NCBI GenBank assembly: GCA_016748015.1
Contig: JAAOMT010000316.1
Coordinates: 1-64,000 of the forward strand
Source: Geosiphon pyriformis uo1
Taxonomy: Eukaryota > Fungi > Glomeromycota
Direction: 5' to 3'
Length of the DNA stretch: 64,000 nt
Below, one piece after another: positions 52,818 through 64,000 of this stretch (the stretch's first letter is position 1; each line of letters opens with the position of its first letter). A program made the position numbers and the translations under genes. The notes under the pieces are model-generated. The model was given only the letters and a program-made list of their open reading frames with translations, did not search any database and was not told where the DNA came from.

Positions 52818-54099
52818 AATTTAGCTATATGTTAATTTAAATTAGGTTTAATAAATATATTGCTATTATTATTATTAAAAACAAAAAAAACCATTTTTTA
52901 CAACTAAATTATAATTAAAATCATAATTAGTACAGTATAATAAAATTAATAAAAATACTAAAAAAACCCAATATTTTATTTTTTAAAAAAAAAAACAGAT
53001 TTAAATTAAAAGTATTATTAATACCAATTATAGTATTCAAATTTTTTTGGCTATAAATAATAATTTTTTTTATTTTAAACAATAATATTAATAGCATATT
53101 TGTTAAAATTAGATGAAATTAATATATCACAATATTGTTTAATATATTAAATTTAATTTATAATAAAATATTAATATTAAGTTTAATATTTAACAAAATT
53201 ACAAAATATATATGTAAGTTAATTTCTTATAGCAAAAATTTAAGTTATATATTTGTAAAATATGTGTTTTTTGTTTTTTAATTAATATAACATTATTTTA
53301 ATATAAGTCTAAATAACTAATTATATATTAAATCTACATAATTTACATTTATAGTTATAATAATTTGGTAAATTAAAATAAACAATAAAAGAATTATACT
53401 TTGTTGAGACATAATAAATAATTTTAATAATAATAAAGTTTAAATACTAAAAAACACAGCAATAAAAACATAAATTTATTAAATTTTAAGTATTTTAACA
53501 TATTGTTTAAAATTAATAAATTAGTTTATAATTATATGCTTAAATTAATATTATTAAATTTAAAATTTTATGCAAAAAAATAATATAAAATTTTTTTTTA
53601 AAAATTTATTTATTATGTTAAAAACTAATAAATTAATTAATTTATTAAAATTTTGTAAAAAAAAATTAATATTATTATAAAACAATTTATATATTACAAT
53701 AACTTAAAAATAAAAATTAGTTATTTATATATATTTTAATTAAAAAATAAAATTGACATTTTTACAATTAAATCAAAAAACAAAAAGCCCGGTTTGTTTT
53801 TTGTTTATAACTTTACATTAATAAAGTTGCTAATAGCACAAGTTTTTATAATGAAAGATTAAAATAAATATATTGCTTATATATAAAAATACATTATTGT
53901 AAAAGTCTTGAGTAGTCCAAATGTTTAGTTATGTAAAAAAATTCCTGATCAATCGAAAAGTCGAATGCCTTTTCCAAATCGTAATCGTAACGCTCGAGTG
54001 CATCCACCGACTGCTCTCGGGTAAATCCCATTGATTTCTACGCCCTTCACTATCACTATCCTCGCCTATTTTACTGGATGTCACCCCTAAATCCCTAGG

Positions 54100-54850
54100 A
54101 GGTAATTTTAGTACTGTTCTAAATGATGATAGTTATTAATGGTGTTTTATTTCTTTTTGGTGGCTTATAAAATTTAGAAAAGGTATCGTCAAATCCAAAT
54201 GAATCAGTGGTTTCGGTTTTATTGGAAGCTAGTGGTGAAAAACTGGCCTTAAAAGCTAAATTAGGCTTTGAGGATTTAGATGTTGGGGGTATATTTGTAG
54301 TCGGAATATTGGTAGAAAATTTAGGCAAAAGACTTGCTAGTTGCTTTTTATTATTGCCAATAAGCCTTTCTGATGTCTGAAATCATTTTTCAATTTCTCA
54401 ATCTTGCCTCGATGGCAACTATTTCTTAATCATTAAATTGCCTCGTTTTCATTGGAGCCTGCATTTCTTTAAAGTTCTTCAAAATTCCAGAATTTAACTG
54501 TTCTTTTTCCAGTTATAGACTTGCCAAGGAATGTTCAACCAGGGAAAACTTAGCTCTTAACTTTTCAACTTCTTCGCGCTCTTTTCTAGTTAACCTCGAT
54601 CTTTTGCATTACCTTGATCTTAGCATATAGATCCCATAATTGTGTGATGTGCAATGTTATATCTTGTTTTTGGGTCTTTAATGATGCCAGATTATTTTCC
54701 AACTGGATTCTTTTCGTTTTTAAATCGGATGTGGGGCTATTCAGGTTTATAGCCTAGGTTTCAAGCCTTCGAATTTCACCATTCTCAATAGCTATCTGGG
54801 TATCAATATCGGGATCACCAAAGAAATCAAGCTCATTTGACTCTGATTCT
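54100..54850 (-). pseudogene. Degenerate gene relic with coiled-coil-like and Ser/Pro-rich segments
   Basis: Broken frames ELDFFGDPDIDTQIAIENGEIRRLET*, RIQLENNLASLKTQKQ and EREEVEKLRAKFSLVEHSLASL*LEKEQL, plus ORF 54119-54328. No family recognised. Confidence 0.35.
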
Positions 54851-55867
54851 TTAGTAATTCAAAAGAATCAAACTTTTAGTCTATTAAAAAAGCAATGTTC
54901 TAAAGCCTATATTCTGTACATACTTTAAATCTTATTGATCGCAGTCAACGAAAACGAAGGAGGAGAGAAAACAACGTGTATTGAACCAAAAAAAAGATCA
55001 CTCGAGCTATACAGGTGACTTGAAGACGTTCGGAATTGAAGTCATCCCGATCTAGTGCTGTGATTAGTTACTTTGTGGACCTTTGCAATTTAGGAAAACT
55101 GCTCGCTATAGCTTCGTAATGATAAAATAGTCCAAATATTAAGTTTAATATTTTATGTCAGAGGAATTTCCGCTAATTTATTGATGTATAAAGATTTTTG
55201 TAGTTAAAGGTAAATTTCGGAATGAGAATATTTTAGCCAATTTAACATATTTAAAATTTTAATAAGGCTATTAGAAAACCATTTTTGCTCTTTGTTGTAA
55301 TAATCAAAATTGTAAATTAAGATAATATACTAAAACTGCATAGATGATTATTCATTCTTCAACTTACCAATTCTTTTATAAACATATTTATATAAAATGA
55401 AAGTCTGACACTTTATTAATAAAACAATATTTAAAATTCATTAATGATTTCTATTCTTTAAATAATTGCTAATTATTAATTTAATAAAACTATTTTTTAT
55501 TTTGACAAATCCAATATTTTCGCTTTGGCAAATTAATTTATTAGCCGTTATTAATATATTTTTTACTGTATTATATGTATATATAATATTATTTAAAGAG
55601 CTATAAATAGAAATAGATTATTTTAATCAAAATCATGAAATTTTTGACATTAAATACAAAATAATTTCTAAATGTGAATTATATTATTTAAATTAAACTT
55701 GTTATTTATGATATACTTTAAGAAATATTATACTTGGTATTAAATAAAATCTCTGTTGGGAACGATGTGTCAAAATAAGGTAGCTTGTGCTACCAAATTT
55801 AAATTGTTGATCCTTAATCATTTTTATACATGATCAAAAAGTCCCTGTTACATTTTCTTCCCTAACA

Positions 55868-57560
55868 ATGATTATCTTCAAAACATTAATTTATCTGCAT
55901 AATGTTTGCACGAACGGTTACAACCCTTTCGCGAGAAATCTAAATCATCGACGCTTTATGGCCTCTATAGTATCCTTACCGCTGACAAACTCAAAAAGCA
56001 AGAACTGTAGAAACATTAATGAGGTTTATACAAAACTAGAAGAAAACGGTAAAAGGTGATATATAATATCTTGCTTAGGTTTGAGTAAAATTTTTCACCT
56101 TTTGAATCCTATTAACTAGAAGAGATCTCTAAAAATTTAAATGATAGCAAGGAACAAAATAAAGAAAAAAATACACTTGAACGAACCTCACTTTTAATCA
56201 AAGAAGAAATTGATACCCTTTTCATTGCTATTGAGATGGGTGTATTGAACTATATTCCCAAAGAAAAACTCCTTTCAAATCCATTGAGAGGAAAACAAAT
56301 AGGGCAAAGGCAATGAACTATAATAGAAGATGAAATATTACGACTAAGCATCAAAGAACTTGGGACTTGCGATTCGAGAAAAATTTCAAATCTTCTTTTA
56401 ACAAGGAGCCCAAATAGGGTGGCTACTCGATGGAAAAAAATTGCATATAGCAAAAAACATGGCAAATGGAGTAAGGAAGAGGATTTGGCTCTTCGAGAAT
56501 TGTTAAAAAAAAGAAAGTCCGAATTGGGTAAATTTTTCAAAGGTCCTCTACCGAAGTCCCAAAAGTATTTCGAAACATTCATGAATTTTAGCATTTTTAT
56601 ATCCTGAATCTACTGGAAATAAAAGACAAAATATTGTCAAAAGAGAAAATGAAACGAATGATATGAGGAAAAATCATCGATCCGGGGACAACATTAGAAA
56701 TCTTGCGACACAGAAGGGTATCAAACTACCACGGATACACTGGAGTCATCAAGAGAAGGAAGCTTTGCGCAAAGCATATCTTAAATTTGGCAAAAATTGG
56801 CAGAATATTTCAAATGCTCTTGTGACCAGAACCCCCGCAAGTTGCTATCTGTTTTACTATGTACATTTTTCAGGTAAAATAATTGTACCAAAAATTTGAT
56901 ATTCTTGTTCTAAGATTTTTTTGTTTAGGTTGCTCAAGCGAAATGTGAAGACACGCATTTGGAGTGATGAAGAAATTTATAAACTAAAAGCCTTGCTTAA
57001 ACCTGGCCGAAATAAATGGATACAAATTTCTAAAGCGATCGGCTCTAAAAGTCCCCGACAATGTTTTTCTTTTTATAAAAGACTTATGAAAACGAAACTT
57101 AATAAAGTTTGTTTAATTAGTGACATACATAAAGCATTATCAGTATTAATAAAAAAAATACACTTCTTATAATCAATATAAAATAATTGAAGCTGTATCA
57201 CTTTGAAATTATATGAAAGAATGGGATCAGAATTGAATTCAATATTTAAAACATATTTATTTAGATCAAGGTTTAAGCTTGAGGAAATCAAATCCAGGTG
57301 AACTTTATTTTTTGGAAATGTAATTGGTATTAATTAATAGAATAATAAAATATTTTAAGAATAAGACAATAAAAAATGATGACGAATTATTCAATTAGCA
57401 GAAAAGCTAATTTATCAACGGAAGGTAAACTATTGATTTCATTTGTTAATTGTGCTGGTTTTAGATTTTGAGTTAATTATTAAAGCCATTTGGAATGAAG
57501 CAATGAAAGAATTTGGTTTTCTTATTCACCTTATATCTCTCAATTGTTGAAATCTGATAA
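55868..57560 (+). pseudogene. Second multi-repeat Myb/SANT gene, apparently disabled
   Basis: Repeats RQ*TIIEDEIL (TGA for W at 56314-56316), GKWSKEEDLAL (frameshift in the A-run ~56505-56511 before PNWVNFSK), HWSHQEKEALRKAYLKFGKNWQNIS and IWSDEEIYKL...KWIQIS...KSPRQC. GT-AG introns, e.g. ~56874-56928. Confidence 0.8.
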
Positions 57561-58669
57561 AATATATGATCAAAATAACTTTACTGTTTTGAGAATTCTC
57601 ATTTCACATCAGTGGCAATTTCAATACTTTCCTCAAATTCCGTCGGTCATAATGTATATATAGCAGTCCCTTATGTAAACAGGTAGGTTTTAAATTAAGC
57701 TGAACGAATAGAATCAACTCCGAATCTATCCTCGAAACATATTCTACACTTTTCCTGTCAACTCATTCTTGAAATTTCCGCTCTTTTGTTTTTTCATCTA
57801 TTCGTATGACCCAATTAGCGTTTTTTTTATACTTTAAATCTGATTCTATGAAATATTTACTAAAACATTGCTCATTTGATAAGAAAATTTAAGAAATTTC
57901 TTTATTCACCTTTTAGATAGATAATTTCGATTTAAAAATTGAAAGTAGCATTTTCAGACTCATTTCCTTTTTTATAATCAATTTTAACTATGTTGTGTAC
58001 AACTCTTATAAAAAAATTAAGAAAAACATTTATAAAATATACTAATTAATTTAAATAGTTAAAACTATAAAAAACAAACCATGTTTTAGATTGGTTAATT
58101 TTTTTCTTTTTTCTGCAAGTTGTTTCGATAATTTTTTTGAATATGATCATAGTGAGTTCAAAATACCAGCTTTTTCATTTACTTATTCTTAAAATGTAAA
58201 CGTGAATAGTTAAAACTAACTAATTCTTGATGAATTTTACAATTCATCGCTTATATCAAATTTTTTAGCACTTTATATGGAAAATCTATTTTTGAGTATA
58301 CAATACGTGGTAATCTTGGAGCTTGTATTCCATAGTATGAACTTGCAATGATAAAAGATATCGTAAAAAACGACTCGAATGGGCTAAAATTGGACATCAA
58401 AAATTGAAGAAAAGTTTTCTTTTGCAACGAGAGCATTTTCAACAAGAATTAATAGAAAGATGTGGCCCACAATATTTACAAAACAGATTAAAAAAATTCA
58501 ACGAAAAACTTTTGGTATTCTTCTCAAAGCAAAAGTTGGCAACTACTATAAGACAAGTCAAATGTTTTTACCTATTCCAATTTACTTTGGGGAACTTATT
58601 TGGTGATTTGTGTGCTTATATGATGCGCGAGATAGTTATAAATTATGAAAATTATTATAAGTAATATAA

Positions 58670-59730
58670 ACCTTGATGTTTAAGAATGTCAATATTACAT
58701 CGGAAAGAATGAAGAATCATTGTAGTGCATGCTAATTTTTACAAAGAATTTTCAAGCGGCAATAAAGTAGTTGATGAATCCAATATTACTGAACATTCAA
58801 TTTTAAAAGTTAAATATACAAAAGTCTATGTTTATTCCAAGGATTGTTTCAATAAAGTAATGATTGCACGGGATATAGCTGATGATCTTTCCGAAATTCA
58901 TTCAGCGGGTATGGTTCATTGTGACCTACATCCTACAATACGAAGAAAGCTTTATAAGTATTAGAGACCTCGGATTATGTCAATCTATAAACGATGAAAT
59001 AACAGAAGGGAAAAAAACAATATATAGAGTTTATTCCATACATTCCACCAGAAGTTTTAAGATTAGAAAAGTTAACAACGGCTGGTAATATTTATAGTTT
59101 AGGAATGGTATTATAGAAATTGACAATAGGAAAGACTCCCTTTCATGATTATTTTATTATAACCTTCTTGTGATAAACATTTTAAATGAGAAAGACCTGA
59201 AATTACCTTCCCACTTATCCCACCCTGTTACGCTGAACTCCTTGAAAAGTGTTGGAACGCTAATCCTGAGGATCATCTTACTGCATTAGAGGTTTACAAT
59301 AGAGAGTTCTGAGAAGTTATAGTTTTAGAAATCGGATAAACTTGTAGAGGAAATTTTGAAAAACAATGAGGCAACAAAATTTTCGGAATATATTCAACTC
59401 CTTGAAAAACTATAAACACAATGAAGTGATAAATTCCTTAGCAAAATCCTCGATAAATATTCATTCAAGAGCAGTTTATACAAGCCGACTTTTAACTGCT
59501 CAAAAGGTTAAATTTTTCAACATGTTTGTTAATTTATTTTATAGTGTTAAATTTCAAAGATTGTTTTTTAGTTTAACTAATATTTTAAATTTTATCCTAA
59601 CTTTATGAATTCCTAATTTTAAAGACTTAATCTTTCTCCCTGAAGGTAAAATTTAAATATACTCTATTTATGGTTAACGGTTTTTTACTATATATAATAT
59701 TTGGAAAACTGAAATGACACTCAATAGATC
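58670..59730 (+). pseudogene. TKL kinase pseudogene with N-lobe deletion
   Basis: C*ECQ...HCSAC, YKEFSSGNKVVDE, IARDIADDLSEIHSAGMVHCDLH, DLGLCQ, IPYIPPEVL, EKCWNANPE and IHSRAVYTSRLLTAQ, with stops and frameshifts. Retains the 21-nt micro-exon. Confidence 0.9.
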
Positions 59731-59864
59731 TAATCATTATCGGGGATCTTGTATTCTCACTTTATATCACAATCTTAAAATGCTTTATTAGGTTGATTCT
59801 TTAATATACTTTATATTTCAAATTTAACCCAATAATCAAAGAAGTTTTTTAATATTATACAAAG

Positions 59865-60136
59865 ACCTTGTAGTAAAATTTTCTCCTCTTAAAACTTCTG
59901 GCGGTATATATGGACCACTTCAAAGTACTCCTTTTTTTTGGTGTTTCCTTGTTCGCAAGTTAACTCAATCCAAGGTCGCCAATTAGTGTAGTATCTTTAT
60001 TAAGTTGTAGAATGCTGCCCGAGTGTAGCTCACGATGAACGATACTAGCAGAATGAATTGTATCAAGTCCAGAAGCGATATTTTTTTACTAAACATAATT
60101 TAGCATGCCAACGAAGAGAATGATAAATATTTCTGC
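59865..60136 (-). pseudogene. Inverted TKL kinase fragment (subdomains V-IX)
   Basis: Minus strand NIASGLDTIHSASIVHRELHSGSILQ...LIGDLGLS*...PYIPPEVLRGENFTT. Confidence 0.88.
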
Positions 60137-63100
60137 AATAATGAGCTTTTGAACGAGTTCTTTTATTCTTAAAGTTTTTCAAAGTGTAGATAAAATTGAA
60201 AAATATGATATAATGAGAATTTTAATAAAATAATATCTCTCTGAACTTTAATAAAGTAAATATTTTTAAGTCATAATTATTAAAGGCATTATAATTAGAG
60301 AAATTCATATAGGAATTATGATCATTGATTCTCAAAAGGTTGTTGATTTTCGACAAAGTTAAGATTATTAGAAACTTGCTCTTCCATGGCTAGGTTTAAT
60401 ATAATAAATTCTATAATTATTAATAAATAAATAAATATCGTTCTATATTATTATTGTTCAAAAGGGTGTTTTAAAGTTGTTTTCGAATTTATTTTTCGCT
60501 TTACGTTTTAAATAATAGATATGGTTTCACAGCCAGATAATTTAAAGAATCATTAATGAAAACCATTATATGGCAATGATAATCAGTTGTTTTTTATTTT
60601 CATCTCACAGTTTCTTTGCATTGAAATAAACAAGAGACCAATGAAAATCAACTTATGTTTACATTTAACATTCTTCACCTCCTTAAAAGGCAACACAGGT
60701 TTAATAAGCGAAGAAGCTTTCTGTGGCATAAACAAGAAAATTTAAAAATGCTCTATTGAAACTTTTTACATACGGTGCAATTATGAGCTGCTGAGTGAGT
60801 TCTTTTAATTTCAAGGTTTTCCATTGATTGAAAATTATTATTTTATTATTATTATTATTATTACTATTATTATTAATATTTAGTATTTTTAAAGTAATAC
60901 TTTAAAAGGCGGAGTTCTCATTGTGATGACCGTTGTCCCAGAAGTACTTAACGACGTCACAGCTTGATTTTACACTAGATATAAAAGTACGAGTGGTAAT
61001 GCAAATAAATAGAAGATTGTACGACATCAGGAGTAAAAAAAAATTTACTCGTAGGCTTTATTTACTTTTCGCCAGGACTGTAAAAAAAATTCTCAGAAAA
61101 TGAAAGAAAAAGATTCCAAAGTGCGAAATTAGAAAATAGTTACGCTAATATTATGTTTCTAAAATGAATAAATAGAATTTAAAATTTTTTGAGAATGAAA
61201 ACTTTAGGATAATTTTTACCGTATTTTTGATTGCTTGAATCTAGACTAATATTTCTAATGGTTTTCTTAAATAATTTTATAACAACTTAAACAGTCGATT
61301 GCAATTTTTTATCCTCTTCAGGGTTTATCCCTTTGTATATAAGTAGATTTTTTTACTTGCAATAGCTCCACTTAATTTTAGGTCAATAGATAGCACTTTA
61401 TCACTAAATAAATTTCTATTAGAATCTAGTCTTTAAATTAATTATTCATTTTATTACTTTTGTGTTCTCAATTATTATCGGGTATAAAAATTTTGTGATT
61501 TCCTATGTAGTGAGCTTCCGCTTCCCAATAAAATGAACATAAAAATAAGAAGTTTCATCTAACATTATTTCCGAGACTTTTAGTGTCAAGTCTTAAGATT
61601 TTTACACTAAAATGTGATAACTAATTATAATATTGGGCTCTAATTTAAGTTACATCAAGTAACCAAAATAATTTCGCATACTTTCTTCCCAAAGTGTGAG
61701 TTTCATACAACCTCTGACTAGTATCAATTCTTCAAGAAAATTATAAAATTTCAAAGGCTGCATGATTAAAATTTAATTTCCTCCTTGGGGATGTTCATAT
61801 TTACCACCCAATAAAAAATGTCCAGTGGTATAATTTGGGAATATTGATACTTTGTGTATATCCAAGCAATCTCCTCTGTGTGAATGAAAACAAGCTAATT
61901 TTATTTCTTTTCCCACTGAATCCTACAAAAGTGTATCGCTGTTTCTATGAAATGTAGTCATAGCTTTTGGCGATATACGCTAATTTAAAAAAATAAAAGA
62001 TTCAGAATAATAAAGATTTTGTAGTTTCTGAATTATTAGTCATTGCGTAGTATTAATCTTTGACTTAAATTTGAGGTGGAATCGCTAATAAACCGTGTTG
62101 TTTCATAAATTGAATTATTTATCATATCCGTTTAGTTTGATTGAATGTTTTTGCCTTAGAAAGAATATTTGATAAAACAGTTTCAAGGATTTGAGTATTA
62201 AAAAAGTCGCCATTTTTCTAGATTTTACTAGTGTCTTTCAGCTGTCTCCATAATTGGCACTCTATTTTAGAAAGATTTCTATTTTCGAAGTTGTCTAATT
62301 CGAAACGCAAAGATTTCATACAACTTGAGAAAAAATTCTGATTTAAAACCACCAAAAAAGTACTAAATAAAGCGAATAGCAGTTGAATTGAACATATTGA
62401 TAATAAGTGGCGAAATGAGCCCTAGCTCTTCCACACTTTTTTTAAATGGACATTTAAATATTTCTAATTTAGAGTTTTAAATGTTCTTGTAGCTTAAATG
62501 TCCCAGATGATGGTAATTATTTGAAGCAAATTTTTGGATTTTATATCATAATCTTTAAAATCATACACTTGGACAAGTGATTTTTCCATCTCACCTTATG
62601 TTATAGTATTTCACATTGTTTTTTTGGCTTAATTTCGCGAGCATCCTAAAATTATGAATATTCTATGTGCGTTTTTCATGTGAAATAGAGTCAATTTAAT
62701 TTTATGCCATTATTGCATTATTCAAAAAAGTTATTTGCAATGCAAATGAAATTACAGTATCTCTTGGCTTAGTTGTGTAAAGAAATGAACCTTGAAGAAT
62801 GTGTTAACCGCAGTTTTTAAAGCGATAAGTATATCAAATTTCAAATTACAGATATTCTTACTCAGGGTGGGTATAGGGGGGACAAGGAAAAAGAATAAAA
62901 TTAATGGCAATGGCAGGAGTTACTATTACACCAGCTTCATCCGGTTCACTTTGAAACAATTAAATGAGAAGACAACCAATATTATTGTGAATGAAAAAGT
63001 TTGTGAAATAATCATTTAAAATGTATATTGACAACCGAAAGTATAAAGATCTCACTTCTGTGTATCATGATAAAAGATGTTACTTGAAATAAACTTTCTT

Positions 63101-63377
63101 AATTATCCGGCTTAATTTCAAGAATAAAAAACTCGAAGATCAATTTTGCACAATGGTTAGTTAGTAATAAAAGGGTTTTTAATAGGGACTAAGAGGAACT
63201 TGATATTTTCAAATTTATTCATTGAAACTATAACTGCGTTCATGACAACAGGTAAAAGAACCAAAACTAAGCTGTAATTAGTGTAATTATTAATCAATTT
63301 GACATTCGAAAACAATAAACCGAAAACTAAACTAAAAACTATAGACCGAAGAGTGTGTATAAACACATAATTAAATT

Positions 63378-63956
63378 TTGTCCGGTAGATATTTTGCTTT
63401 AATTGTGAATTTCCAAGAAGATATATATATCCTTAGTGAAAGTTTTAGGATTCGAAAACAATATGCTCAAAAAAAAGATAAAGAACCTGAACTTAGTTCA
63501 CTACCAATTGTCAATACGTCTAATCACAACGCTATATATTTCATTGAGCACACTTCTAATTCTTTCAAGTTGGGAAACTGTAAATTTCTCAAAAAAAGTA
63601 CAAAAATTATGGCAACAGCTGAAAGTATTAGTAAATCTTATGTACAGCTTTTGATTCACTCAACTTTCTAAATTAAAAATCGAATATTTTTTCAAATGAA
63701 CCAATCGACCGAAATGTGGAAACAACAGAACCCTATAATAAATTATAGAATTTGGAAGCAAGACAAGACATCCAAGCAAAATAATTCAATTAATCTTGAT
63801 AATTTTCTAGCTCCTCGCTCGATAACTAAAGGTGATTCCAACAGAAGATTTAATCGAAGAGAGTTGCAACTTGATGATCCAATAGTTTTGAAATTGCATC
63901 AAGCCGCAAACTATGCAGCATTGGGCAGAGAGCGAGATACATGTAAATTTATTTAA
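63378..63956 (+). other. Possible 5' part of a gene running off the window end
   Basis: Two in-frame ORFs separated by one stop, ending ...LQLDDPIVLKLHQAANYAALGRERDT before a GTAAAT donor-like site. Function uncertain. Confidence 0.3.
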
Positions 63957-64000
63957 TTTTACAGAATAAAGTTTTTCATTTAATTTCATATTTCTTATAC

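Overview
Very AT-rich, intron-containing eukaryotic DNA. The gene and TE repertoire points to a Glomeromycotina (arbuscular-mycorrhizal-type) fungus; the decayed LINE and Gypsy peptides resemble, from memory only, those of Geosiphon pyriformis. Host genes: a cytochrome P450 spanning an assembly gap, two intact tyrosine-kinase-like (TKL) kinases plus four kinase relics, two disabled multi-Myb/SANT genes, and a 6-exon F-box protein whose C-terminal domain has phloem-protein-2 (PP2/Nictaba) lectin motifs. The centre (about 27.4-53.8 kb) is a TE nest that can be reconstructed from LTRs, TIRs and target-site duplications. An old LINE is split by a deleted minus-strand Gypsy (30105-49711). That Gypsy carries an Academ-like DNA transposon (32062-35250) and, inside its 5' LTR, a full-length plus-strand Gypsy (38443-49026) with gag, protease, a Cys-rich region, dUTPase, RT, RNase H, integrase and an extra 3' ORF. 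The inner Gypsy is itself interrupted by a solo LTR (43502-44224). A younger 5'-truncated RNase H LINE lies at 51186-52817. The older repeats carry dense C>T/G>A transitions on both strands, which looks RIP-like in a lineage not known for canonical RIP. An exact Nextera/Tn5 mosaic end at 26323-26341 marks a local assembly artefact. No rRNA, tRNA or CRISPR was recognised.
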